Assembly (NCBI GenBank): GCA_965207445.1 | Contig: CBDBLX010000001.1 | Location: 1 to 64,000, forward strand | DNA from: Nitrosopumilus sp. | GTDB taxonomy: Archaea > Thermoproteota > Nitrososphaeria > Nitrososphaerales > Nitrosopumilaceae | Reading direction: 5' to 3' | Length of the DNA: 64,000 nt | Shown: positions 28,971-40,030 of the stretch, piece after piece | Layout: each line of letters begins with the position of its first letter | Numbering within the stretch: the stretch's first letter is position 1 | Position numbers and translations under genes: made by a program | The notes under the pieces: model-generated | What the model was told of the DNA's origin: nothing | What the model saw: the letters and a program-made list of their open reading frames with translations, nothing else | The model's database searches: none

Positions 28971-30276
28971 CTATATTTGATACCTCCGTTTTATTTTCTT
29001 TATTATCTGTTTGATCAGATAGTCCCAGAGTAGAGATAGCCTCATCTGTTATACGTGATCGATATACTTCTTGTGGTTCATTATCAAGGGGCGGGTTGCT
29101 CAAAACCCTCAGCATGTTCTTTGCAAGATTAACTCCTTTTTTGCCCATCAACTCATCATACGGGCCATCGACCTGCCCGATGTTCTCTGATAATGTATTT
29201 TCTATAATCTCATCATCAGTGTCACCTTTTGACTCGACGATCTCATATTCAGCAGAGCTGAGTTGGTTTCTCTTTATCTCCACCTCTAGCGCACCGCCAT
29301 CTGTAAGATCATGTCTTGTATCTGTAAAAGAGATATCAGTAGTTTTCCCTTCTGATAGTTTGCCCTTTACACTCAGTATTACAACTTTATCTGTGGGATC
29401 AATGTCTTTGATTTTTGCTTTAATTTCAGCATTTACTGCAACAGGCTTTTTGTGACTCGCATCGACCTCGATTAACTCGTATTGACAGTTTTCTATTGGA
29501 ATCTGCTCTACATTTGTAATACCACTATGATCAAATTCTACTAGTACATATCCACGTTTGACATTGGTGCGAGTATTCTCTTCTAAATCAAGTGGAAATC
29601 CTGCAAATAGTGTACCAGGGTATACGACATGTGGGTAATTATCGAAATTTTTATGTTGATATTTGTGTATGTGGCCCCCTGCATAGTAAGCAAAATTTTT
29701 TGGCATGTATGATATAGGCATAGCAGCACTAGCAGTAGCCTCAATATCATCAGTGGTGCGCATCTCAGATATTGCGCCATGAAATAAAAATATCTTAAAT
29801 CCCGGTTCTGACTCTAATTCTTTTAGTCTGAGGTTTTGGTAATAGATAATGTCTTTTGATGCAGACAGACCGGCGATGCCAGCTAACTTTGCATTAGTTT
29901 TTGGGTCTGTGATAAAATCTAGTGATACAGATTTATCATCTTCATGTGAAACCATAAGTTGTACCTTTGTAATATAACCAATCTCCACTAACAAGTCAAT
30001 AACAGATGTAGAGCTTGGTGAAAAGTCATGGCTACCAAACACGACATAGACAGGTATACCTGCCTCATACACTTGACGCAATTTTGCAAAGACGAACTTT
30101 TGTACCCTCATCGCCGGAATTGGTACATGGAACATGTCACCACATATTAAAATAAAATCGACTGTACGTTTTATACAGTCATCCATTGCGCGCTCAAATA
30201 CTGTGCGTTCTACATCTTGAAGCGTCTTTTTATTTTGAAATCCCAAATGTATATCAGAAAAATGTGCAAATTTCAT
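28960..30276 (-). CDS. mre11: DNA repair nuclease Mre11
   Basis: SDIHLG, GDMFH, GSHD and GGHIH phosphoesterase motifs; directly upstream of rad50. Confidence 0.95.
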   Translation of the reverse strand: MKFAHFSDIHLGFQNKKTLQDVERTVFERAMDDCIKRTVDFILICGDMFHVPIPAMRVQKFVFAKLRQVYEAGIPVYVVFGSHDFSPSSTSVIDLLVEIGYITKVQLMVSHEDDKSVSLDFITDPKTNAKLAGIAGLSASKDIIYYQNLRLKELESEPGFKIFLFHGAISEMRTTDDIEATASAAMPISYMPKNFAYYAGGHIHKYQHKNFDNYPHVVYPGTLFAGFPLDLEENTRTNVKRGYVLVEFDHSGITNVEQIPIENCQYELIEVDASHKKPVAVNAEIKAKIKDIDPTDKVVILSVKGKLSEGKTTDISFTDTRHDLTDGGALEVEIKRNQLSSAEYEIVESKGDTDDEIIENTLSENIGQVDGPYDELMGKKGVNLAKNMLRVLSNPPLDNEPQEVYRSRITDEAISTLGLSDQTDNKENKTEVSNIDDS

Positions 30277-30278
30277 TG

Positions 30279-31991
30279 TTAACCAATTATCCGTATTTTT
30301 CCCTTATTTAATGAATTGTTGCGACTTTGTGCTACAACATCTTTAAAGTTCGGTATCTTGATTGGAATCGCAAATGGGACAAATATGCTAGTTATAATTG
30401 CCTCTCCCTTGTCTAAACTTGCAATGTTTTTATCATCATTTGACAAGTCTTGTGATGCAGATGCGATGAGTGCATCTCGCTCTTGTTTCATCTCATTTCC
30501 TAGAATAATTTTTGTAGTCATGTTGGCAAGTATTGCACGCGGTATGACACTTGAGAGTTGAGTTATGGCCACAAGTCCTATCTGAAATTTACGCCCCTCA
30601 CGAGCAATTGTTGCGTATATGTTGTTATTTTTTGATGCTAGTACATCCTCACTTATCACACGTGGAGCCTCTTCGATTACAATGGATACGACAGGTTTTC
30701 TATAAAGATCACCAGTTGTCTTGTAATACTTGTATTTGTTAAGCAATTTGGATGCAATCATGTTCCCGACTACTAGTTCTGCCTCACTGTCAAGCTGGGA
30801 TGCATCTATAATTGCGATCATACCAGATTCGATATAGCTGACAATATCATCAATGGTATTCTCACCTTTGGTTTGTGTGTCAAATATTCCATTTTGTGAG
30901 TATAGTTTGCCATCATGTGCGATCTCAAGTCCTAACAACATCTTTAATTTTCGTCGTATTATTGACAAAGTGCGCTTGCTGTCATTATCTTTTTTGCGAG
31001 AGTTTTTGGTATCATTATCGTTAGAAGGGGTGGGGGTAGTAGTGGTGGCGGTGTTATTATTATTATTAGAGTCACTATTATCATCATTAGATGATCTCAT
31101 TATATTTTCAATCCAATCTACTCCATATTTGCTATGATAACCGTATATGGCCCTCAACTGCGCATCAGTAAAATCCACAATGCCATCAAAGTGGTGCGGC
31201 TCTAAAGTTTTAATATTTATGATCAGAGTGCGTGATCCAGGTAATGTGCCTCGTTGAGTAGTATAATATTCTAGTCTGTCTGCTGCACGAGGATGATCCT
31301 TTAGTCCCACACCAGTCTTGCCATAATATTCATCATGTGCATCCAACACCAATACGCCTACAAGAGTCTTAGAGTCCATAATATGCCACAACATAGTCTG
31401 CACCAAATTTGATTTGCCACGCCCTGTAGTTGCGGGAATCAGCACATGATGAGTAAAGACGTCTTTTATCGGCAACCAGACTTTGGCATCTTCTATTACT
31501 CCAGAACCGCTTCTAATACTACCAACAAACAAGCCTCCTTGTCCCTGCTCTAGAAATTTAAAATCATCCTTTGAGACAAGACGTAACTTGCTACCAAAAG
31601 GCGGCAAAGTCTTTGGAATACTAACTTGCGGTCTTGTACCAGCATTTGTTGTGTTATTTACGCGCGCCAACAATCTGATACTAGCAATAACATAGTTGAC
31701 AATGTTCGGCTCATACATAACAGCATCTGTTACATCTTCCTCAAGTGTGACGCCTGATAGCATCTCATGTGTCTTGCCGTCCATCTGTGACGAATACTCT
31801 AAATCAAATACAGACAAAAATATCGTATCATTATTGTTTGATTGATCATCTAAAACTAGTATATCTCCAATTTCTAGCTCAAATCCAGATTTTTGCCTAA
31901 CTACAACCTTGCCAAACCCACCCCCTATCACTTGACCTATTATATCGCTATGAGTGAGACTGCCATCATCATGAATCATGTTCTTCACCAC
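30279..31991 (-). CDS. herA: Bipolar DNA helicase HerA
   Basis: HAS-barrel N-terminus, [28 protein letters not shown]. Confidence 0.93.
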   Translation of the reverse strand: MVKNMIHDDGSLTHSDIIGQVIGGGFGKVVVRQKSGFELEIGDILVLDDQSNNNDTIFLSVFDLEYSSQMDGKTHEMLSGVTLEEDVTDAVMYEPNIVNYVIASIRLLARVNNTTNAGTRPQVSIPKTLPPFGSKLRLVSKDDFKFLEQGQGGLFVGSIRSGSGVIEDAKVWLPIKDVFTHHVLIPATTGRGKSNLVQTMLWHIMDSKTLVGVLVLDAHDEYYGKTGVGLKDHPRAADRLEYYTTQRGTLPGSRTLIINIKTLEPHHFDGIVDFTDAQLRAIYGYHSKYGVDWIENIMRSSNDDNSDSNNNNNTATTTTPTPSNDNDTKNSRKKDNDSKRTLSIIRRKLKMLLGLEIAHDGKLYSQNGIFDTQTKGENTIDDIVSYIESGMIAIIDASQLDSEAELVVGNMIASKLLNKYKYYKTTGDLYRKPVVSIVIEEAPRVISEDVLASKNNNIYATIAREGRKFQIGLVAITQLSSVIPRAILANMTTKIILGNEMKQERDALIASASQDLSNDDKNIASLDKGEAIITSIFVPFAIPIKIPNFKDVVAQSRNNSLNKGKIRIIG

Positions 31992-32035
31992 ATATTCACC
32001 TTATCCTGCAACCATTCTGAAACCATTCTCTAACC

Positions 32036-33199
32036 TTACCCTGTAACCTTGTTGAGTAAATCATGGAATATAACCGAATCAGTGTTTTTGGCAATATTTT
32101 GCCACTTGTCGTTCCCCGCACGGCGTGAATACAACATACGTTTGAGCATGGCAGCTTCGGATGAACGTACCTTGGCATATTTGTCAGATTCAATTGCGCC
32201 ATACGGATATCCCAGTATTAAAAGATCATTTGAATTATAAGCAAGGCTTGCTAACACATCATTTTTTTCTGTATCAGACATTCCTTTGAATTGTTCATTT
32301 AATATATCAAGTCTAAATACAAACTTGGCATTGGGGTGTAATTTTACACATAGTGTAAATCCCCTACTCTCATGGTATATCTTTTGTGCAACAGGAACAT
32401 ACCACCTCTCATAAGATACATGACGCGATATATCAGCAATTCGAGGTAACAACGAATTACCAGATTCAGTAATTAGTCTACTAGTTTTTGCCAATCCACA
32501 TATAATAACATTTTTTTCTATTGCCAGTTTGTACAGATCATCAGCATACTTGCCTTGTACTCCAAAGGGAGTTTGTAAGGAGCCATCCATGACAAGCATA
32601 TCACCTGCATCAAGCTCATCAGATACTACTTTTGTTGCAAGTTTGATCTCAGCAAGTCTACGTGGAAGCGAGATTAGTGGCATTGTGCCATCTATGGTGT
32701 TTCTGTTACCATCAGATGATATCTCTAAAAGATCGTCTTTTTTGGGAAGAGTATCATGCGCGTCTTTGTCGTTTTGGTCACCGAACACGTAAAGTTTAGT
32801 ATCAAATGTTAGTGTATCAATTGAGTTATCATTTGGTGTATGTGGAGTCACACACGATAGAAATGTCGTGCGTTGTGTCGTGTTATGGGTAGGTGATAAT
32901 TTTTTTGTACCTTGAAATATAGTATAATAGATACGATTCAATGCAATCAGATGGCTTGGTGAGTGGTCTAGAGTGTCGTTTCCACCATCAACAAAGGCCA
33001 TTTTTTTGGGATGTTGTGTATTAGACATTTTTATCTCTAAAAATTCTGATGGTTCAATGTTGTACCTGTTTTTGGTAGTACCATGTACAACATCACCGGA
33101 GATCTGAGATGTGATGCGGTCATGATGGCTCTGGAGATCAGTTAGTAGGTGTAAAAAAGGATCATGTGGGGTATTGGATTTTTGCATCTCAGCGGACAT
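32036..33199 (-). CDS. nurA: 5'-3' nuclease NurA
   Basis: AFVDGG, VMDGSL, GLAKTS, LGYPY; first gene of the operon; start uncertain (33199 chosen). Confidence 0.9.
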   Translation of the reverse strand: MSAEMQKSNTPHDPFLHLLTDLQSHHDRITSQISGDVVHGTTKNRYNIEPSEFLEIKMSNTQHPKKMAFVDGGNDTLDHSPSHLIALNRIYYTIFQGTKKLSPTHNTTQRTTFLSCVTPHTPNDNSIDTLTFDTKLYVFGDQNDKDAHDTLPKKDDLLEISSDGNRNTIDGTMPLISLPRRLAEIKLATKVVSDELDAGDMLVMDGSLQTPFGVQGKYADDLYKLAIEKNVIICGLAKTSRLITESGNSLLPRIADISRHVSYERWYVPVAQKIYHESRGFTLCVKLHPNAKFVFRLDILNEQFKGMSDTEKNDVLASLAYNSNDLLILGYPYGAIESDKYAKVRSSEAAMLKRMLYSRRAGNDKWQNIAKNTDSVIFHDLLNKVTG

Positions 33200-33285
33200 G
33201 AGAATACACATTTTACCTATTATTAAAATACACAGGTAGCAAGGGTATCGTGTAGTTGACATTATATTTGTAAATTAGTTGACTC

Positions 33286-34410
33286 GAGGTTGGTGCGTAA
33301 TTCATCAAATCGTCACCTGCATCGTACTTGCAAAGTCATCTGCAAATATCGCCAGAGTTTTATATGTATAAATTAAATTATTCAATAAGCTCATATATAA
33401 AAGTATCTGCGCGCATACCAAAAGTTACTTGTAGGGACATCCCAATTGAATAATTGTGATAAGAACAAAGGGGATGCTGAACAACGTTGACTAGCCAATG
33501 TTATCAACGTATCGTTTGTAAAGTGTAGTGGAATGACGACATATGTGTGGTAGGTTGCCACAACATGCTATGATACACAGAGAATGGCGCCCATTACAAT
33601 TGGGATAGACATTAGTGTGGGGGGGGGTGGGGGGTAGAGAGACTAACAGGTACGAAAAACAACAAAGACCTAATCATTTACTACAAGACTTAACTGACAT
33701 GCGTCAAGACGTACCTAAAATATCATATTACTCGATAAGTGGACACCAGATCATACTTGCATCATACACAACTCCAAGCAATGCAAGTGTCACGTCAATG
33801 CTTCCATATATGGTCAATTTTCTCGTAAAAAACTATACACAGATTGAAGAATGCTTATTCAACGGAGACAAGAGATACATTCGGATCAAAACTGCGAGAC
33901 AATATTCAATGCAAACATGAAATCGAACATAAAGCAGCGCAATCACACAGATGGCGCAGGTCATACAAACCGTGGCAAATCACCAAGCAGAAAAAAGGCA
34001 GCGGAGATCTTCGACAAAGATGCATACAAACAACGCGCACTTATCGAGGCAATATTTGGAGCAGTAGAAGAGACAAAGAATCACAGGCTAGACTGTCGCA
34101 TGCGTCTGGCCAAAAACAGAAAGCGGTTTAGCAAATACTATCGATTGCATGGAATATCAACGTCCTGAACAGATTTATCTGCGCTCATGAAAAAGGACAA
34201 AAGATTCCATCATACTAATGATAGTGACTGCTATCACACTTGCACGTTTCATGTTCTATAATCTATGTCTGCCAAAACAACACACACGTATATTCAAAAA
34301 CAAAACGCACTATAGATAGATTTCAGTCTTCTTCAGATTGAATGTGTAATAAACCGAACAAGTTCACAGACGGGTCACAGGCAGACTAATGTCAATTACG
34401 CACCAACTTC
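33286..34410 (+). mobile_element. Internally deleted, frameshifted copy of the IS at 62058-63728
   Basis: Ends GAGGTTGGTGCGTAATT and AATTACGCACCAACTTC; aligns to the reverse complement of the 62-63 kb element; ~550 bp missing at ~33600; no TSD. Confidence 0.92.
33600..34197 (+). pseudogene. DDE transposase remnant (C-terminal half)
   Basis: Fragments HQIILASYTTPSN, FNGDK and YKQRALIEAIFG in different frames. Confidence 0.9.
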
Positions 34411-34664
34411 CTTTCACCGCACGGCAATTTGCCACGCATGCAGGCATAATAATATCCGCTCTCGGACACTGCGGACAGTCCTCGATCTACCTGCAGTCCT
34501 TGACCAAGCCATGAATTGGAAGCGGAGCCTTCTCGGGAAGAATCAGACTCACGGATTTTACAACCGAACCCGACTCACGTGAACTTTACCGTCCCTTGAG
34601 CACGGGTTGTGAGATTTGCGGCAGCGGACCCGGCAAATTGGTATTTATTTGCACGTTACTTGAC

Positions 34665-35414
34665 ATGTCCATGTATTACCTGTGCGCAGACGGCTCGGGC
34701 CAGACAGCGATAAAAAACAGCATCCAAGACAACGGCCTGTACGTTCTGAGCGGAGTGCTGATCCACGAGAAAGACTGGAGGTCCGTTGAAAAGAGACTAG
34801 TTGATGTGAAGCGGAATTTGTTCCCGGGGTTCCGCCCAAACAAATGGGAGCTGCACGCGCACGATATTTGGCACGGGAAGGAATTTTTTGCCATGGAAGA
34901 ACTTGGACTAAACAGTGAAAAGAAGGATGAGGTTTTTTCAAAGATTGTCAATATTGCATGCGAGTCTGAAATCACCATAATCAACGTGATCATCTTCAAG
35001 GACATGCTAACGCAAAGACGATCCCCGATGGTTACGCAATTTTCTTGGCGGCGGCTCACGTCCCGGTTTGAGGATTTTTTGGATCAGAACCAGGCCCATA
35101 TCAACGACGGGTTGTTCCTCATAGACGCCAGTCAAAAGACTCCCGAAGCAGAGATTAAGAATGTCATATTGAGAGAGGTGAGAAGGAGGAATGGCAGGCT
35201 GGGCAGCCGTCACGTTGTCGAGAATCCGATATTTGTAGATTCATTCAGGTGGAATCTGATTCAGTTGGCAGACATGATTGCGTACGTGGTACACAAACAC
35301 TACAAGCAGGATGCAAAGTTTGAGAGGTGGTTCAAGTTACTGGTTCCAAAGATGTATCATTCCAATAATAGGTTGTACGGTTTTGGCATAAACGAGATTC
35401 CATATTCACGTTAG
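34665..35414 (+). CDS. DUF3800-domain protein
   Basis: YLCADGSG N-terminal motif, WELHAHDI, FLID, FVDS...IQLADMIAY (QxAD); TATTTATTT ~20 nt upstream; more GC-rich than the host. Confidence 0.88.
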   Translation: MSMYYLCADGSGQTAIKNSIQDNGLYVLSGVLIHEKDWRSVEKRLVDVKRNLFPGFRPNKWELHAHDIWHGKEFFAMEELGLNSEKKDEVFSKIVNIACESEITIINVIIFKDMLTQRRSPMVTQFSWRRLTSRFEDFLDQNQAHINDGLFLIDASQKTPEAEIKNVILREVRRRNGRLGSRHVVENPIFVDSFRWNLIQLADMIAYVVHKHYKQDAKFERWFKLLVPKMYHSNNRLYGFGINEIPYSR

Positions 35415-35486
35415 GATGGGAAGCAGGTCCGCACAGTTGCGGAAAGCTGCTTCCCTGGAGCTGCGCGATGGCAGACTCTTACCGTA
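35407..35486 (-). ncRNA. Candidate DUF3800-associated structured RNA, convergent with the gene
   Basis: Minus strand: TTATATAA box (35502-35509), hairpin GAGTCTGC-CATCGC-GCAGCTC, then a long hairpin GGGAAGCAG-CTT-TCCGCA-ACTG-TGCGGA-C-CTGCTTCCC. Confidence 0.65.
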
Positions 35487-35652
35487 TGGTATGGTGGTAA
35501 ATTATATAACGTTTAGCATCAAGCGAGACTGGTGTGTAATTGACATTAGCCTGCCTGTGACTGTTTTGTTGAGGTGGGAGTTGATTTGTATAAGAATTTG
35601 CAAGAATTAATTTAAATGAACATTATTAAGATAATGTAGTGTAGATATAGTA

Positions 35653-35729
35653 CAGATGTAATGCAGATGTAATGCAGATGTAATGCAGATGTAATGCAGA
35701 TGTAATGCAGATGTAATGCAGATGTAATG
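35653..35729. repeat. Intergenic 11-bp minisatellite x7
   Basis: CAGATGTAATG repeated seven times. Confidence 0.97.
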
Positions 35730-35828
35730 ATAAATTAAATGAATTTATTAAATAGTAAAAATATACACATATTCATACGTGTTTTGAAAACTCACTGAAA
35801 AGTAAAATCCACATTATAACACATTAAC

Positions 35829-38198
35829 TTAATCCAATAATACAACTGGTTTTTTTGTAAGCCCAATCACCTCTACAGTGACGTGTCCCATCGCCTCATC
35901 TGTATTCCCAAGGCCACGACGACCCATCGCAATTATATCAACATCAAGTTTGGTAGCAATCTCTACAATCTTTTTTGCAGGCGTTCCCAATTTGACGATA
36001 CGCACACAACTGTCCACTTGTGGTACTATTACGCTTCGAAGAACTATATTCCCTTCATGACGCATCTGATCACCTAGTTGTTCATCAGGATTCTCATCAC
36101 TATCAGAGTCTTCATCAGTCCATTCCATCACATACAATAGATACACATGCAATGCAGATGCATCTCTTAGCAGATAATTGGTATGATTGAGTGCTTGAAG
36201 TGAGTTTACAGAACCATCAATTGGCACCAAAACTTTGATTGGAGATTTACTTGATGTGTGATCTTTGACAGATGATACAGACGACTCTTGATCATGGACA
36301 TTACCAACGTCACGTATATAATCATTGTCTGTAAACATCTTTTTTGTAATCTCCTTTACACTATGTCGTGCCTCAACAATAGGTAAAACGATCACAACAA
36401 TTGCACCAACAACTGCCCAGATAATTGCCAGACTTACCCATGCAACAAACGACGATAAAGTAAATACATATTCTGTAATAAAAAATGACAAGGGCCACAC
36501 AATAACTAAAAAGACAGAAACACCAACTCCAAAACGTTTTGCCAACTTTAATGCGCGCTCCAGCATATGTGCATCTGAGTTGCGTCTCAGAGTAGAACGC
36601 ATTCTATCATCAACTAAAAGTATGCGTTGTTTGAGATCCCTAAAGTCAAATCGTTCTGGGAATAGTAGACTGCCCACTAGTGTAATCAACAAGCCTGATA
36701 GTATCGATGTTATGTTTCCTACCAAAAGTGGAGTAAAGGCACCAGTAGACTCAATACTAACTTGACCATCATACATCAAGTATGAGGTTCCCAACCACAC
36801 CACAACACCCAACACCAAACCAAAGAGCGCCGCCACAATAGCAGCATATCTATTAGTTCTACCCCACAGTATTGATAGTGATATGGGTGCTACTGCTGAG
36901 CCTATCAAGATGCCCATCATCAAATACACATACTGCAGACCCACCCCTAGCTGAAAAAGCACAGAGCCTAGTATGCCCATACCGACTCCAAATAACAGAA
37001 TTGTGAATCTCGATACGCGTATTAGTTGTCTGCCTGTAGCAGATGGCTTCAAGTAAGTTCTAAATACATCATATGTTATCAGCGATGAGACACTCACCAA
37101 TTGAGATGAGCCTGCAGCAGTCACCGCAGTAAATATTATTGCAAGTATCAGTATGGCACCCATATCACCCATTATACTAACAGCAGCAGTAGGTGCAACA
37201 AGACCCAATCCTATTTGGTTTTCACTAAGTGGCACACCAGTTGCAATGGCGGCCAATCCTAGTGTAGTGGCAAGTGTAAAGGGTATTGCAAACCAGACCA
37301 ACCCGCCTATTGCAAATCCCCCAACAACAGAACCAGGCCTAGCTGCTATTGCCTTTTGCCAATATGATTGATCAACAAATACAGTTCCAAAATTCCCCAC
37401 GATATTAATTACACCAAATGCCAAAGCCCCCATCGATGCCAATGTAAGAAAACTACCCATTGCATTTCCTTCAACCGGACCAATAATAGCAGCAACAGAC
37501 AATTTTTCGTACATACCTACAATACCACCTATCTCAGGGGATACAAAATATATCACAGATACAAACACAAGCACGACCACAAAGATAAAACCTGCATTTA
37601 TGTATTCTGCAAAAAATGTAGCCTTTAATCCCCCAAATATTGTATATAAAATTATACCCACAGGCAAAAAGAACGCTGCAAGTGTAATGTCAATTCCAGT
37701 CAACGAATTAACAACAGCAGCACCACCCAACACCAACATTGCAGTCACTAGTGTATTTGTCATCAATCCAAAAAATAAGAACACTTTATGCGCGTGTTTA
37801 CCAAACCTTACATGTATCATCTCAGTGAATGTGTGTGTCATCGGAGCTTTGCGCTTTAACTCTATTGCAAGTATAGAAAACAAGATTACTTGAATACAGG
37901 CGCCAGCAGCATACCAAAATGAACCAGCAATACCAAACTCAAACGTGACCGTAGATGACTGAAGTAGAGTAGCGGCCCACGTCCAGGCAGACACGATAGA
38001 AGATGCAATGAGTCCGCTTTTTATTGTGCGGCCAGCAGTGTAAAACCACTCTGATGTCTTACGTGTCCCAAGCCATTTTGTTTCTGCTTTGACCATCAAA
38101 GAGACAGTCAATGCCATGACGAGTCCCACGCCTATTAGAACCAAAAAACCTATGCTTTCTGAGAGTATTGCAACCAAAGCACAAGTAACAAGCACCAT
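35829..38198 (-). CDS. DUR3-like sodium:solute (urea) symporter fused to a universal-stress-protein domain
   Basis: ASSIVSAWTWAATLLQS and GNFGTVFVDQSYWQKAIA DUR3 motifs; C-terminal VLVPIDGS...IAMGRRG...MGHVT...PVVLL. TTG 38177 may be the true start. Confidence 0.88.
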   Translation of the reverse strand: MVLVTCALVAILSESIGFLVLIGVGLVMALTVSLMVKAETKWLGTRKTSEWFYTAGRTIKSGLIASSIVSAWTWAATLLQSSTVTFEFGIAGSFWYAAGACIQVILFSILAIELKRKAPMTHTFTEMIHVRFGKHAHKVFLFFGLMTNTLVTAMLVLGGAAVVNSLTGIDITLAAFFLPVGIILYTIFGGLKATFFAEYINAGFIFVVVLVFVSVIYFVSPEIGGIVGMYEKLSVAAIIGPVEGNAMGSFLTLASMGALAFGVINIVGNFGTVFVDQSYWQKAIAARPGSVVGGFAIGGLVWFAIPFTLATTLGLAAIATGVPLSENQIGLGLVAPTAAVSIMGDMGAILILAIIFTAVTAAGSSQLVSVSSLITYDVFRTYLKPSATGRQLIRVSRFTILLFGVGMGILGSVLFQLGVGLQYVYLMMGILIGSAVAPISLSILWGRTNRYAAIVAALFGLVLGVVVWLGTSYLMYDGQVSIESTGAFTPLLVGNITSILSGLLITLVGSLLFPERFDFRDLKQRILLVDDRMRSTLRRNSDAHMLERALKLAKRFGVGVSVFLVIVWPLSFFITEYVFTLSSFVAWVSLAIIWAVVGAIVVIVLPIVEARHSVKEITKKMFTDNDYIRDVGNVHDQESSVSSVKDHTSSKSPIKVLVPIDGSVNSLQALNHTNYLLRDASALHVYLLYVMEWTDEDSDSDENPDEQLGDQMRHEGNIVLRSVIVPQVDSCVRIVKLGTPAKKIVEIATKLDVDIIAMGRRGLGNTDEAMGHVTVEVIGLTKKPVVLLD

Positions 38199-38263
38199 CT
38201 AGTATTAAAGTAAAAATTTGTGATGAATGTGGTTGTTTTTTGTAATTATAATAACGACAAATG

Positions 38264-38767
38264 TCAAACTCCGCCAAAATCATCAGGGCGCTTTAATATT
38301 CCGCCTTTTATCAATAGTTCGAGTTTTTCGTCGATCTCTTTGATGGATTTGATCTCATCTTGGCTTAGTTCTTCTCCAGCATCTGCTTTTTTGAGGATGC
38401 CGAGTGTCTCATAAAATAAAGGCACCAACACTTCCTGATGTACTCCAGGAGGAATTTTGTACATGTATGGGTCAGATTCAATACTCACCTCTACTTCTGA
38501 GCGATATGCACTAGAGCGATATATGTGAATATAACCGAGTAAAGTTAAAAGTGGAAACCCGACTATAGTAATAATTACAATATACGTTGTAAAGTCTGGA
38601 AATACAGATAAAAGTGTAGGATAATTATCGATTGCAAGATAAAATGTCAAGGTGAGTGTATTAAGTACGCCAAATATAAACACAAAATACTCTGCATATC
38701 CAGTTCTAAAATATACCCAAGAACGAAACGGTATAGATCGGTTGGAGCTGTGACTGCCTATTGTCAA
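38264..38767 (-). CDS. 2-TM hypothetical membrane protein (paralog of the next gene)
   Basis: YFRTGY..Y...NTLT.T.YLA...FP.F..Y...GYIH shared with 38764..39252. Confidence 0.8.
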   Translation of the reverse strand: MTIGSHSSNRSIPFRSWVYFRTGYAEYFVFIFGVLNTLTLTFYLAIDNYPTLLSVFPDFTTYIVIITIVGFPLLTLLGYIHIYRSSAYRSEVEVSIESDPYMYKIPPGVHQEVLVPLFYETLGILKKADAGEELSQDEIKSIKEIDEKLELLIKGGILKRPDDFGGV

Positions 38768-39252
38768 TCATCAATTACCCCCTTTGGATATTTTCCTACA
38801 GAACCACCATCTGCCAAATGTTTAAGTTTAGCTCGAAGTTCGTCGATCTCTTTTATCTCATTGTCAGTGAACTTTTCTGTGCGCATGCGCTTGAACATTA
38901 AATGTAATATCATTTTATAAGAAGGGCCAAATACCTCCGACTCAAATCCAGGTCGTAGCTTGTAATGGTATATGTAATTTTGTACCGAAACGGCCGAGTT
39001 TGCTGAATGCGCACCTATTCGTTTAAAGTGAATATATCCAGTCACAGACACTATTGGGATACCAAGTAATATTGCTGCTGTAACATATATCTCAAATGTT
39101 GGAAACAAGTATGTGATAAATGGAAAGTCATCAGCTGCCAAAAAGTAAGTCGATGTTAACACATTGATCCCACCAATTGCCAACATCAAATATACAGCAT
39201 AGCCTGTTCGAAAGTAAAAGAGCAGTCGAAAAAATCTTCTCTGTTTTCGCAT
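38764..39252 (-). CDS. 2-TM hypothetical membrane protein (tandem paralog)
   Basis: Same motifs as 38264..38767; 4-bp overlap. Confidence 0.8.
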   Translation of the reverse strand: MRKQRRFFRLLFYFRTGYAVYLMLAIGGINVLTSTYFLAADDFPFITYLFPTFEIYVTAAILLGIPIVSVTGYIHFKRIGAHSANSAVSVQNYIYHYKLRPGFESEVFGPSYKMILHLMFKRMRTEKFTDNEIKEIDELRAKLKHLADGGSVGKYPKGVIDD

Positions 39253-39484
39253 GATTCAATCATTGATACTAGACATAAAAAGTTCACCGTGTAACTAAGA
39301 ATCCAAAATATTGGTCAAAATGATGTGTTGTGAGAGTCACGCAAGCATTACATTGCTGTAAAAATCAGTTGGGTAGAATAAATCTCAGAAAATTAGTGCT
39401 CAAAACTATATTCTGCACACAGGACAACATAGCAAGACACGATCAAATGAAAAAATACATATTACAGATATACATACGATATAC

Positions 39485-40030
39485 ATGAAAATGATAGATA
39501 CCATTGATGAACTCTTACTTTCTGCACTAAGCCAAGATGCAAGACAATCTACATTTGAGATCTGGGATTACATTAGAGGGTTTGGATATAATATCTCAGA
39601 AGAAGAGATAGAATCACGCAAGCGTGAGTTAGAGGAGAGTGGCATTATCAAAGGATATACAATATCAATTGATACAAAAAAGATACCAGGAAGAGTCATA
39701 CGGGTAGACCTAGTCACGTTTAGAACATCACAGGTATTGCAAAAGAGATTAGAAGGGCTCAAACAGTATTTGAAAGATGCACCGTTTGTCGCTTTTTCTG
39801 GTAGAACACGTGGCGGTTACGATTGGATTACAATAAAATCATTTTTAAATACAGAGATGGCAGATGAGGAGAGTGACATTTACCGTAACTTGTTCGGTGA
39901 CATATTACAAACATATGAAGTGTATGACTTTGTCCCACAATCAGATGCTACCATGTATGCAATGTCATATACGAAATCAGATTATCAAGAATTTTTAAAA
40001 GAGTGGATCCCGCCGTTTATAGGAAAATGA
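39485..40030 (+). CDS. Lrp/AsnC-family regulator
   Basis: IDELLLSALSQDAR...LEESGIIKGY; TRGGYDW. Confidence 0.85.
   Translation: MKMIDTIDELLLSALSQDARQSTFEIWDYIRGFGYNISEEEIESRKRELEESGIIKGYTISIDTKKIPGRVIRVDLVTFRTSQVLQKRLEGLKQYLKDAPFVAFSGRTRGGYDWITIKSFLNTEMADEESDIYRNLFGDILQTYEVYDFVPQSDATMYAMSYTKSDYQEFLKEWIPPFIGK

Noticed and set aside
34596..34664. CEIC-containing N-terminal extension of DUF3800
   Set aside because: TTG start upstream of the TATA-like box; the family motif begins at ATG 34665/34671.
35416..35610. 64-aa ORF after DUF3800 as a protein antitoxin
   Set aside because: It runs through the hairpins and the antisense TATA box and has no motif; the RNA interpretation is preferred.
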